Below are positions 10,338 to 20,243 of a DNA stretch of 64,000 nt, one piece after another (the first letter of the stretch is position 1; the number at the start of each line of letters is the position of its first letter). The position numbers were made by a program, and so were the translations under genes. The notes beneath the pieces are model-generated. The model did no database searches, was not told where the DNA came from, and saw nothing but the letters and a program-made list of their open reading frames with translations. The stretch covers positions 32,001 to 96,000 of the forward strand of contig JAHLWR010000003.1 in NCBI GenBank assembly GCA_019057815.1, given 5' to 3'. This stretch comes from Candidatus Heimdallarchaeota archaeon (GTDB lineage Archaea; Asgardarchaeota; Heimdallarchaeia; Heimdallarchaeales; Heimdallarchaeaceae).

Positions 10338-11817
10338 TGTGATCGCAGCAACTATAGCAATTCTAATCTTCCTGTTACTTCCCTATCTAAAGGCTTTTTT
10401 CTTCATATTTTATAGAAGAAAAAACATCAGTTTTATCACACTTTTCTTCATTTGTATAGCACAAATTGCTACTTTAACATTTTTATGGTCTTTGTTCATT
10501 ATTTATTTCAATTCAGAATTGATTTCATATGTAATTCCTACCTCTACAAATACAAATTCAGGTTTTGTAATATCTATCAACGCAATGAATTTAATCTTAA
10601 TATCCTCAATTCAAATCGTTATTATTGCTTTCATTTTACAATATAATCCAAAAAGAACCAAGAGCTTTTATGTAAGTTTATTTTTAGCTGAAGCTGGACT
10701 GACTGGTGCTTTAATATCTGCCAATATACTCTTTTTCCTATTTTCGTTGGAAATTCTGCTTATATCTGTCTATTTCTTAATAACTTATAAAAAGAAGGAA
10801 ATGAATATAATATCAACTGGGTATTTTATTTTCTCTCAAGGGGCACTACTTATACTATTTATTACATATATCTATTATTGGTCATTAGCAAGAAATATAA
10901 GTCCTTCAGTTAATTTCTCCAAAGAAAACATCAAACTAGTCTTAAATTATGTAGACGAAATAAAAATTCGACCATCTCTCTATATGTTGGTAACAGGTTG
11001 GTTAATTCTCTTACCCACTTTTCCATTTTATGCTCTGGTTAAAGATAGCGCATCTAAAGGTAACAATATGGGGACATTCATGTTAGTAGGGTGCTTATAT
11101 CCTTCTTTTTACTATTTCTTTTATTATTGGGGTTTTGATTTTCTTCCACTTCTGAAAGAGCATGAACAAGTTAAACTGTACATTTTCATAGTTCAATTTG
11201 TTTCACTATTTCTGTTCCTTTTACTTTCTCTAAAGGAAAGGAGTTTGAAGAAAATTTTCATATATCTGACTTTTATACAAAGTCCTGTCATTTTTTTGGG
11301 CTTTTTTACAGGTACACCAACCGCAATAATTGCAACTTTGTATTATATTCTCTTCTTGCCAATATCGAGAGGTTTAGGTTTTCTTTTCGTTGATGTATTG
11401 GAAACATCGTTTGGAACCACTGATAATGAGAATTTAAAAGGATTATTCAAATATTATCCTGAACTAAGAACTCCAGCTATCATTTCCATTGTTAGTTTCG
11501 TTTTAGTTCCTCTAGTTCCGTTTTTTATCCAGTTACCTATTTTCATTGAATCTATCGTAATAACTGGTCACAATCTTTTTTATCTTCTTTTTGCAATACT
11601 AATATTAATTGCTAATATAGTAAATATTGCTCTGGTTTTCACAAGTATTCAAGATTACTTATCTCACAACATTTCAGATGTAATCATTCAATCCGAGAAA
11701 CTCAGACTAAACAATAAACTTGTTTCTCTCAAAGTAATTGCACTGATTTATATTATTTTGAATATATTTCCATTTATCCTTATAGAGTTGTTAAATAAGT
11801 ATGGAGGTCTTTCATGA
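10330..11817 (+). CDS. divergent NuoM/MrpD-like antiporter subunit
   Basis: 495 aa; NILFFLFSLEILLISVYFLI (TM5 Glu), LPTFPFY, SLKKIFIY, GTTDNENLKGL..YYP. Confidence 0.8.
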   Translation: MNNVIAATIAILIFLLLPYLKAFFFIFYRRKNISFITLFFICIAQIATLTFLWSLFIIYFNSELISYVIPTSTNTNSGFVISINAMNLILISSIQIVIIAFILQYNPKRTKSFYVSLFLAEAGLTGALISANILFFLFSLEILLISVYFLITYKKKEMNIISTGYFIFSQGALLILFITYIYYWSLARNISPSVNFSKENIKLVLNYVDEIKIRPSLYMLVTGWLILLPTFPFYALVKDSASKGNNMGTFMLVGCLYPSFYYFFYYWGFDFLPLLKEHEQVKLYIFIVQFVSLFLFLLLSLKERSLKKIFIYLTFIQSPVIFLGFFTGTPTAIIATLYYILFLPISRGLGFLFVDVLETSFGTTDNENLKGLFKYYPELRTPAIISIVSFVLVPLVPFFIQLPIFIESIVITGHNLFYLLFAILILIANIVNIALVFTSIQDYLSHNISDVIIQSEKLRLNNKLVSLKVIALIYIILNIFPFILIELLNKYGGLS

Positions 11818-13313
11818 GTCACTTTCAAGAAATAATTCTTTACCTTCTGCCTGTTGAGATACTTGTTTTAGGCATTATTATTGTATTGCTCTTTGGATTA
11901 TTTCAAAAAGCATTTTTAACTGTTTTTCCAGTTTATAAGAGTCGAATGAGAATTCTTTATGGATATATTGCTGTTATATTCAATTTAATCTCATTTATTG
12001 CAATGTTCTATATATTGAACCCATTTAATAATCCCAATTTGATATTCTATGAGTTTGATATTTCACCATTTTTCTGCGCTATCTATTCGGTATTTTATGC
12101 TGCAACAACTGTTTTAATATTTCTTTTAATTGTAGAAACAAAGTATAATTCAGAGGAAAGTTACATTGCATTTATTGGAATTTTACTAGTTCAGATCTCA
12201 GGATATTTCATACTAGCTTCCACTTCGTGGATTTTGATTTATTTTGGTTTTTTAGTCCTTTTCATAGGAGTTAATCTTCTTTTGAGATATGTATTCTCTT
12301 TTAAAGAATTAAAAGAAAAGAAATCTCACATTAACTATACATTAATCGGTGGTTTAGCTCTATGTCTCATGTTTTTGGGAATTGCGTTTCAGTATATCGG
12401 TAATGAATCCTTTGAATTGTACATTGCATATGGAAGTCAAGAGATCTGGAATTTTCTTAGTATAGCTTTTATATTCTCATCCCTCTTGATTTTAATTGGT
12501 TGTCCTCCATTTCATTTTTGGTTTTTCAGTATAACGGATAATGAATTTACATCTCTTTCTAACTTACTTCTAATTGTACAAAGAATTCTTCCTATCTCTA
12601 TTCTCTTAAAGTATTCACTTGCAATAAGAAGTGAAGCTTCCGCTTTTTTTATTTTGTTTTTTATAATAATAGGTGGTATCTCTTGTCTATGGGGAGCAAT
12701 TGCATCAATGACCGTTGATAGTATTAGAAAATTGATTCATTATATTAGCTATATCCATTTAGGAATAATGTTTTTGAGTTTCTCAGAGATTTTTTCTGCG
12801 AAAGAAGACCTAGAATTACAGGAAATTCTACAATCTATATCATTTAATATTATTTGGTACGTTATCCTCTTTTCATTAGCATATTCTTCAATTAATGTTA
12901 TTTTTAATCAATACAAAACTGATAAGATTTCTTTATTGAAGGGTCTGGGAAGAAAAGGAGTCTTAAGATTTTCTCTTGTTTTACTCAGTCTATTCTTTCT
13001 TTTTGTCTTTCCACTAACTGAAGTGCTTTTTGCTAGATTTCTTTACTTTCAAATATCATTAACTTTTCAATGGTTTGTTATTATATTTGTCTTGATAATT
13101 ACAATAATACTTTCAAGTGTTTATATTGTACGATATATGAGATTAGCATTTTTAGAACCTCCTGTAACAAGTAAGAAAGCTAAAAATATTGAGATGGGAG
13201 TGAATATGGGATTCTTATTAGCACTTTTCCTTGCTATAGTAACCACGATATTTGCTTTAACAATCTTCGATCTTTGTAAGATAATGGCAGAATCTCTTAC
13301 TCTAAATCTTTAG
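11814..13313 (+). CDS. divergent NuoN-like antiporter subunit
   Basis: 499 aa; LLPVEIL N-terminus, IGCPPFHFW, SCLWGAIASM..SIRKLIHYISYIHLG, LKGLGRK, YIVRYMRLAF. Confidence 0.8.
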   Translation: MSHFQEIILYLLPVEILVLGIIIVLLFGLFQKAFLTVFPVYKSRMRILYGYIAVIFNLISFIAMFYILNPFNNPNLIFYEFDISPFFCAIYSVFYAATTVLIFLLIVETKYNSEESYIAFIGILLVQISGYFILASTSWILIYFGFLVLFIGVNLLLRYVFSFKELKEKKSHINYTLIGGLALCLMFLGIAFQYIGNESFELYIAYGSQEIWNFLSIAFIFSSLLILIGCPPFHFWFFSITDNEFTSLSNLLLIVQRILPISILLKYSLAIRSEASAFFILFFIIIGGISCLWGAIASMTVDSIRKLIHYISYIHLGIMFLSFSEIFSAKEDLELQEILQSISFNIIWYVILFSLAYSSINVIFNQYKTDKISLLKGLGRKGVLRFSLVLLSLFFLFVFPLTEVLFARFLYFQISLTFQWFVIIFVLIITIILSSVYIVRYMRLAFLEPPVTSKKAKNIEMGVNMGFLLALFLAIVTTIFALTIFDLCKIMAESLTLNL

Positions 13314-13351
13314 AAAACAATAACTTTTTTTATCAATATGTTTGAAATTAT

Positions 13352-14332
13352 TTGGTATTAGTGACAGAAACGAAATTTGATTTCTCGAGTGATGTAAAAG
13401 AAATTAATGCATATTTGACTAACTTAAGAAATCATGCTCCTTATGATGATGAAGTTAATAATCTTATATATGCTATACTTTATAAAGGTGGTAAAAGAAT
13501 TCGCCCTTTAATCTGTTTGTTATCATATGAAATGATATCTTCAAAACCCCGAGAAGAGCAACATTTCGCTGCAGCCTGCTCTATAGAAATTTTACATAAC
13601 GCTTCTCTTTTAATTGATGACCTTTTTGATAAAGACATTTATAGAAGAAAAGAAAAATCCTTTTATTTGAAACATTCAACATTTGCTGCTTTATCAGTTT
13701 CCTATGCTATGAGCAGTTTAGCCTTGAGTTTAGCAACTCAGACTCAAATTATGCAAATAGTTGAAGAACTTGTGAATGCAATAAAGAAGCTTTCATCATC
13801 ACTGTTCTTAGAGCAAAAGCTCAGGATTGAAGGAAGGGTGATAACAAAGAAAGAAGCTCTACAGCTTATTGATATGAAAACTTCATGTTTATTTGAAGCT
13901 ACTTCTGTGATTGGTGTTATTCTTGGAACAGCTTCTAAAAAAGACCAAGCAAACATGAAAAAATTTGGAAAGATGTTTGGTAGAGCATTTCAGTTGAGGG
14001 ATGACCTTCTATCTTTCACATCAACAACTGAAGAACAAGGAAAATCTGGTGTAGAGACGGATTTAAGTAATAAAATTCAAACTTATATTGTTCTAGAAGC
14101 AATGGAGAACGTCAACGAAGAGGATAAGGTGATTTTAGAGGATTATTATGTTAATAAAAGGAAATATCATGTAACTCGAATTAAAGAAATAATCACAAAT
14201 TCACCAGCTTTAAGGATAGTACAAAAAAAGATGGAAAATTGTATTCAGGAAGCTATAGCAATATTGCAGGAATTTCCTAGCTCAACATCTAAAGATAAAC
14301 TAATAGCAATAACAAATCTTCTTCAAGTTTAA
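13352..14332 (+). CDS. trans-polyprenyl diphosphate synthase
   Basis: GGKRIRP, first Asp-rich motif DDLFD..RR, KT, FQLRDDLL. Confidence 0.9.
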   Translation: MVLVTETKFDFSSDVKEINAYLTNLRNHAPYDDEVNNLIYAILYKGGKRIRPLICLLSYEMISSKPREEQHFAAACSIEILHNASLLIDDLFDKDIYRRKEKSFYLKHSTFAALSVSYAMSSLALSLATQTQIMQIVEELVNAIKKLSSSLFLEQKLRIEGRVITKKEALQLIDMKTSCLFEATSVIGVILGTASKKDQANMKKFGKMFGRAFQLRDDLLSFTSTTEEQGKSGVETDLSNKIQTYIVLEAMENVNEEDKVILEDYYVNKRKYHVTRIKEIITNSPALRIVQKKMENCIQEAIAILQEFPSSTSKDKLIAITNLLQV

Positions 14333-14348
14333 AAGAAGAAAAGTGAAA

Positions 14349-15419
14349 TCATTCTGGTCTTACGCCTTCAATATATTCATTAAACCATTGATTAGCAGTA
14401 TATCTATTGGTTGATATGGGAGGAGCTTTAAATCCATAAGAACTGATTGAAGTCATAGGTCCTCCATGAGCCCTATTTATTGCTAATTTAGTTGCTCTTA
14501 TAACATCTATTAGAGTAGCAGCTCCATTGGGACCATCTAATGTTTCCAATCTCATATCAATTTTCACAGGCATCCCCATAAATCCTTCACCTAATATCCA
14601 AAAGTGACCTATTCTCCTGTTTCCAAGAAACTCTAAATAATCTGAGGTTCCGCTAGCAATGTTTATTTTATTTTGGGTAGCATCTTGAATTGTTCTTTCT
14701 TTTACTTTTCTTTTGTATTGCTTTCGATCATCGTCAAGAGTGTTAAGAGTTTCAAGACCACCAGCAACATCAAGCTGATACGTATCTTTGATAGTTACAC
14801 CTTGTTCTTTAAGTACTTCTAAAAACCCTTTGTGTAGCACTGTACCTCCAGCTAAAGATTGTAAATCGTCTCCAATGAGACACAAATTAGCTTTTTTGAA
14901 TTTCTGAGCCCATTGAGGATTACTAGCTATCAAAGTTGGAGTACAGTTTATAAAAGCTACTTCTGCATCAAGAGCTGCTTGAGCATATGCTTTAACTGCA
15001 AGTTCTGCGCCTGAGGGTAAAGCACAGATTAGAATTTCTGCTTCTGCTTCTTTTAATTTCTTAGCCAAATCCACATGATCTCCCTCTGCTATTTGAATTA
15101 CTTCTCTAAGCGTGTCAGATAAACCATCTAGAACTGGACCTTTACAAACAGAAACGCCATAATTGTCTATTTCTACAAACTTTGGAGTACTATTAATGGG
15201 AGCAAAAATTGCTTCAGTGATATCTTTACCTATTTTAGAAGTATCGACATCAAAAGCAGCAACGATTACAATATCCTTTACTTCATATCCCAAGATAGTA
15301 GGATGAAGTAAAAAATCTTTTTTATTTTCATAAGCTTTTATGTATTCTATGCCTTGTAAAACACCTGAAGCTATGTTTCCTATTCCAGCCAAAGCGATTC
15401 TTATTTCTCTTTCAATCAT
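14349..15419 (-). CDS. myo-inositol-1-phosphate synthase-like paralogue with altered active-site motifs
   Basis: Rossmann GIGNIASG, collinear with the adjacent Ino1 but GDDLQS, LDVAGGLET, DGPNGA. Confidence 0.85.
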   Translation of the reverse strand: MIEREIRIALAGIGNIASGVLQGIEYIKAYENKKDFLLHPTILGYEVKDIVIVAAFDVDTSKIGKDITEAIFAPINSTPKFVEIDNYGVSVCKGPVLDGLSDTLREVIQIAEGDHVDLAKKLKEAEAEILICALPSGAELAVKAYAQAALDAEVAFINCTPTLIASNPQWAQKFKKANLCLIGDDLQSLAGGTVLHKGFLEVLKEQGVTIKDTYQLDVAGGLETLNTLDDDRKQYKRKVKERTIQDATQNKINIASGTSDYLEFLGNRRIGHFWILGEGFMGMPVKIDMRLETLDGPNGAATLIDVIRATKLAINRAHGGPMTSISSYGFKAPPISTNRYTANQWFNEYIEGVRPE

Positions 15420-15429
15420 TTTCTCATCC

Positions 15430-16512
15430 TCAGTTTGTGATATCTCCTCTAATGAATTTCTCTACCAGTTGGAATGCCTCTGAATCTGGTATTTGTTTAG
15501 GAGGATGTTTGAAGAAATAACTGGAAACACCGACTAAAGGTCCTCCTATACCTCTGTCTTTTGCAATCTTCAAAGACCTTATAACATCTATCATAACTCC
15601 CGCGCTATTTGGTGAGTCTTGAACTGATAATTTCAGTTGTATTTTTAGAGGTTGTTCTCCGAAATTTTTACCCTTCAACCATATATAACAGATTTTTTCA
15701 TCGTTTAGAAATGGAACATAGTCACTTGGACCTATTCTTGTAGGAACTTCATAAGGAATCATGCTTGTTACAGCTTCTGTTTTTGATATCCTTTTAGTAG
15801 TTAATCGGTATTCCTTCTTCATATTCTCAAAATCAGTGTTCCCTCCAATGTTTAACTGAAATGTTTCATCCATTTTAATTCCTCGATCATGAGCTAGACT
15901 AACTAGCATTCGATGTAAAATGGTCGCTCCTAATTGTGATTTAATATCATCACCAGCTAATGGTATTTTCTTATCAGTAAATTTCTGTGCCCACTCTGTG
16001 TTAGAAGCGATAAATGCTGGAATACCATTTGCGAAAGCTACATTTGAATCCAAAGCTGCTTGAGCGTACTTTTGGGTAGCTATTTCACTACCAACAGGTA
16101 AAAAATTGATTAATACGTCAGCTTGTGATTCCTTTAACGCGTCTGCGATATTTACCGAGGTTATTTCCTTAGGATCATAACAGTGGAAAGACTCTTTCAT
16201 ATGGGGTGCAACCCCATCATCAATATGTCCTGGTTGAACAGTGACATCCTTATTGGGGACATCTGAAAATTTCGCACAGCAATTGGGTTTAGCCCATATT
16301 GCTTCTGAGATGTCTTTACCTATCTTTTTAGTACTAACCTCAAAAGCTGCAACAACTTCAATATCTGAAATATGATACTCACCGAATTTTACATGCATGA
16401 TACCAGGAACATAGTCACGTGCATCTGCATTTTTATAGTATTCTAAGCCTTGAACTAAAGCTGAAGCACAGTTACCTAACCCAGCTATAGCTATTCGTAC
16501 TTTTTTAGTCAC
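15430..16512 (-). CDS. ino1: myo-inositol-1-phosphate synthase
   Basis: GLGNCASALVQG, GDDIKSQLGAT, QLNIGGNTDF, KRISKT, DSPNSAG, FFKHPP. Confidence 0.95.
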   Translation of the reverse strand: MTKKVRIAIAGLGNCASALVQGLEYYKNADARDYVPGIMHVKFGEYHISDIEVVAAFEVSTKKIGKDISEAIWAKPNCCAKFSDVPNKDVTVQPGHIDDGVAPHMKESFHCYDPKEITSVNIADALKESQADVLINFLPVGSEIATQKYAQAALDSNVAFANGIPAFIASNTEWAQKFTDKKIPLAGDDIKSQLGATILHRMLVSLAHDRGIKMDETFQLNIGGNTDFENMKKEYRLTTKRISKTEAVTSMIPYEVPTRIGPSDYVPFLNDEKICYIWLKGKNFGEQPLKIQLKLSVQDSPNSAGVMIDVIRSLKIAKDRGIGGPLVGVSSYFFKHPPKQIPDSEAFQLVEKFIRGDITN

Positions 16513-16611
16513 ATTGAGCTCTCCATTGCTATTGTTAAAGAATGATTTATTGAATAAACTTCAATCTACCGGAACAGTAGGCTTTTAAAAAGTTTTACCA
16601 TTTTGATATTT

Positions 16612-17532
16612 ATGGAAGAGAAGCTAGGAACAATACTTCTTACTGGAGGATTAGGACAACTAGGTTATTTCACATATCTTAAGTTGAAACATCAGTACAA
16701 TATATGTATAGTCGATGATTTATCCAATGCTAAAGTTGAGCCACCAGAAGATGTACAATTCATTAAGAAAAGATTACCAGATGAAGAAATTTTTGAGAAA
16801 TTACCTAAAATCGATTTCATAATTCATCTTGCAGCTCAAATCAGTATAAAAAAATCAATCGAAAAACCAATTTATGATGCTTATTCTAACATATGCGGAA
16901 CGTTAAATTTGCTTGAGTATGCTAGGAAAAAAAACGTTAAAAAATTCATTTACATAAGTTCCGCAGGCACTTTCGGTAACCCTCAATATTTGCCAGTAGA
17001 TGAAAACCATCCCAGAAACCCTATCTCACCCTATGGATTAAGTAAACTTGTTGGAGAAAATTATGTAAAAATGTATAATGATCTTTATGGTTTAAACACC
17101 GTTAGTTTGATTCCATTTAATTTTTACAGTCCATTGCAAAACGAAAGCGACCCTTATGTAGGGGTAATATTCAAATTTCTTACAGCTGTAAAACGTGATA
17201 GTAATCTAACTATATTTGGTGATGGAGAACAAACTAGAGATTTCATCCATATTAAAGATGTAGCTGAAGCACTAGAATTGGCTCTTATTAAGAAAACCTC
17301 AAGTAAGACCTTCAATATCGGATCAGGGAAAGCTACTTCAATTGTTGATCTTGCTAATATGATTCTCCAAATCAGTAACAAAGATTTAGATATCACATTC
17401 CAACCAGCAATTAAAGGAGAGATTAAGGAAAGTTATTGTACAATTGAAAAAGCTGAAAAAGAATTGGATTTTTCTCCAAAAATATCGCTACACGACGGAT
17501 TAAAGGATATGTATGAAAAAATTATTCTCTAA
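16612..17532 (+). CDS. NAD-dependent nucleotide-sugar epimerase/dehydratase (GalE-like)
   Basis: TGGLGQLG, HLAA, SPYGLSK (YxxxK), GDGEQTRDFIH; ATG at 16612 preferred over TTG 16603. Confidence 0.92.
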   Translation: MEEKLGTILLTGGLGQLGYFTYLKLKHQYNICIVDDLSNAKVEPPEDVQFIKKRLPDEEIFEKLPKIDFIIHLAAQISIKKSIEKPIYDAYSNICGTLNLLEYARKKNVKKFIYISSAGTFGNPQYLPVDENHPRNPISPYGLSKLVGENYVKMYNDLYGLNTVSLIPFNFYSPLQNESDPYVGVIFKFLTAVKRDSNLTIFGDGEQTRDFIHIKDVAEALELALIKKTSSKTFNIGSGKATSIVDLANMILQISNKDLDITFQPAIKGEIKESYCTIEKAEKELDFSPKISLHDGLKDMYEKIIL

Positions 17533-17596
17533 CTCTCTTTCAAAGAAAGAAAAAGTTACCAAAACATATTAAATCCTCACCCTATTTTTAGAAATA

Positions 17597-19396
17597 ATGG
17601 GAAATTACGTTGTGGATACAAACTTATTTATCACAGGTTTTCAATCTCGCCCTGATACTTTTAAAAAATTTGCTCAAGCCCTTAAGCAATTGAATATTCA
17701 GATATTAATAACAAATGATGTTAAAAACGAGATGCGATATTACTTGCAAAGAGAAATAAAACCCCATGTGAAAATTAGACACATACAAAATGATGATTTT
17801 CAACTGTTTCTCACGAAAATCCATAGGATTACGACAAATCTTCCTCAAAAACCTGATTTAACAGTTATAAGTCTAGCTGATAAGATTCAAGCTACGGTAG
17901 TTTCGAGCGACCTTAAATTGTTGGAAACAGCTGAACTTATAGGTTTGAAGACTTTAACTAACAGCGCATTTGCTAAATTAGTTGCAAAAACAAATCAGGA
18001 TTCTTCTTTAAATTCTTTCTTACATGAGTTAGAATCAAAATTGTTTGCTGAAGAGATACGTTACTCTGTTGCTAGCACTAACAGATATGATCCTGTCAAA
18101 AGAATAAGAAAAATAATGGATTCAGCTATTAGTGTTATTCGTGCAGAATATGAGCAAAAGATGTCTCAAACAATTGTAAGCGACTTGAAACAAAAGGACA
18201 TATTTTCACTTGAAGCATTACAATTACAGGAGCTTTTAGTTGAAATAAGAAGCGATTTCACAACTTTAGAACAAGATTTTCAAGAAGAGAAATACGCAGA
18301 TTTAGAAGAAGAAATTCTAAGCAGAGTACGAGAAATAACTGACTTCATTGTAGATTGGAAGTTAGCTGTTAATATAATAGAAGATCATCCGATTTATAAT
18401 GATGCATTAGTTCTTCTGGGGAGACTACAGTATCTTGCTTGCATATGCTTAATAGAGAACCAAAAAGTGGAACTTGCTCGTGTATATATGGACAAGTTGA
18501 TGATGATACTTTTCCAGAATACCAAAGCTGTAAAAGAATATGGAATAGATGTTCACTTCTTAAGAATGATAATTTTATTGTTGTCAAACCAAATTAACCG
18601 CTTAACTTCTTATTTTACTGTAGCTTTTGAGGAAGAATGTCAGCTATATCAACGATGTGATGTTTCGAATATTATCAGAGCATTGATTTTACTTTCTGTA
18701 GTATTAGGTAAAGAAGGAGTAGAAGATACTTCAGATGTAGGGGATTTTGATAGTATTGAGTTCATTAACCAACTGGGTTTTAAATTCATGCAATTAAAGC
18801 AGCTGAAGAAAGCAAATCTAATGTTTGAACAAACTTTCTATCTATCATTAAATAGTGATAACAAAGGGTTGTGTATAGCTAGTATAGAATATCTAAGTTG
18901 GTTATATTTTTCAGGATTAGAAAGCGTGAAACTCACCATAGAAGAACTCTATGCAAAGTTGACAAAGAGGTACCCAAATATTAAAGCAAGCTATCGATAC
19001 AACCTAGTTATAACCAGTAAAGAAAGTGATCTTCAAAAATATGAAACCACAGATTTTGTGAGCATAGATAAAATCCCTAAAGCAATCAAAGCATCTAATT
19101 ATTGTATTGGTGTCAGGAAAGCTAAAATTAAGAGTAAAACAGTACCTTTAATCAGAGTTATGAATTGGGATATGATGGCTCGTATAGGAATTATAGACGA
19201 ATCTAATGTTTTAGAAGATAAAGCTTCTTTAGGTACGATTATCTATCTCGTAGAAGGTAAATTCAAGATAACAAAAGCTACCAAATATTTCAGAAACAAA
19301 TATGGTATAGAGTTTATTCTGACTATAAACCGTGAATCCTCTCCCCTAGTGATTGTCAGATCAACAAGTGGGTGGGATGCTTCAATATTGGAGTAA
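17597..19396 (+). CDS. PIN-domain protein with central helical region and C-terminal beta-rich (OB-like) domain
   Basis: VVDTN, V..E, D..VI.LA, VSSD..L give all four PIN acidic residues; remainder assigned by pattern only. Confidence 0.75.
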   Translation: MGNYVVDTNLFITGFQSRPDTFKKFAQALKQLNIQILITNDVKNEMRYYLQREIKPHVKIRHIQNDDFQLFLTKIHRITTNLPQKPDLTVISLADKIQATVVSSDLKLLETAELIGLKTLTNSAFAKLVAKTNQDSSLNSFLHELESKLFAEEIRYSVASTNRYDPVKRIRKIMDSAISVIRAEYEQKMSQTIVSDLKQKDIFSLEALQLQELLVEIRSDFTTLEQDFQEEKYADLEEEILSRVREITDFIVDWKLAVNIIEDHPIYNDALVLLGRLQYLACICLIENQKVELARVYMDKLMMILFQNTKAVKEYGIDVHFLRMIILLLSNQINRLTSYFTVAFEEECQLYQRCDVSNIIRALILLSVVLGKEGVEDTSDVGDFDSIEFINQLGFKFMQLKQLKKANLMFEQTFYLSLNSDNKGLCIASIEYLSWLYFSGLESVKLTIEELYAKLTKRYPNIKASYRYNLVITSKESDLQKYETTDFVSIDKIPKAIKASNYCIGVRKAKIKSKTVPLIRVMNWDMMARIGIIDESNVLEDKASLGTIIYLVEGKFKITKATKYFRNKYGIEFILTINRESSPLVIVRSTSGWDASILE

Positions 19397-19445
19397 TATA
19401 CGTTATCTCCGAAATTCTTTTTATTGGTATTGCTAATAACCAATT

Positions 19446-20165
19446 ATGGAACTTGTAGAAACGGGAATACTAGGATTGGATCGAATATTAGGAGGAGGTT
19501 TCCCCAAAGGGAGAACAATATTGGTCGCTGGACCTGCAGGAGCTGGGAAATCTACATTTGGAATTCAATTCTTATATCATGGAATTCTAACTGGAGGAGA
19601 AAGTGGAATCTTTGTCTCTTTTGATGAGCTCCCAGCTCATGTTAGGGAGGAATGTCTAAACTATGGATGGAATCTAAAAGAATTAGAAGATGATAATCTG
19701 TTAGTTATTGTTGATGGATTTAGCCCTAGGGCAGGTGTTAGCTCAGGAGAAAAATATCAAACTCTAGTAGATGTTGATGAGGTTATAACACAACTGGTGG
19801 AAGTAATTGATAAAACAGCTGCTGAAAGAGTGGTAATAGATTCGATAACAGCATTAGCATTATCAATGGCAAATGAACAACAAATAAGAAGGCAAATTCT
19901 CAAGTTAAGTGCAGTCATGTCTTCACTAGAATGTACAACCATATTAACAAGTGAAATGTCAAGAGGAGAAGTTTCAAGATTCGGTGTAGAAGAATTCATG
20001 AGTCAAGGTGTTATTGTTTTGAATTATGAATTTAGAAACTCAGTGGGAATAAGAAGTTTAAATATAAGAAAAATGAGAGGAATAAAGCACGAAATGATAG
20101 AACGACCATTTTCTATCACATCAAGCGGAATCGAGGTACATTCAGATGAACAGTTTTACTACTAA
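19446..20165 (+). CDS. single-domain KaiC-like/RAD55 RecA-superfamily ATPase
   Basis: TGILGLD.ILGGG.P, GPAGAGKS, VVIDS, KMRG..H. Confidence 0.93.
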   Translation: MELVETGILGLDRILGGGFPKGRTILVAGPAGAGKSTFGIQFLYHGILTGGESGIFVSFDELPAHVREECLNYGWNLKELEDDNLLVIVDGFSPRAGVSSGEKYQTLVDVDEVITQLVEVIDKTAAERVVIDSITALALSMANEQQIRRQILKLSAVMSSLECTTILTSEMSRGEVSRFGVEEFMSQGVIVLNYEFRNSVGIRSLNIRKMRGIKHEMIERPFSITSSGIEVHSDEQFYY

Positions 20166-20243
20166 TATCTACTCTTGTTTAGCAAAATTTCAATCGATTA
20201 ACATAAGATTTAAAATAACAAGCTAAAAAAGAGAATGATAACA

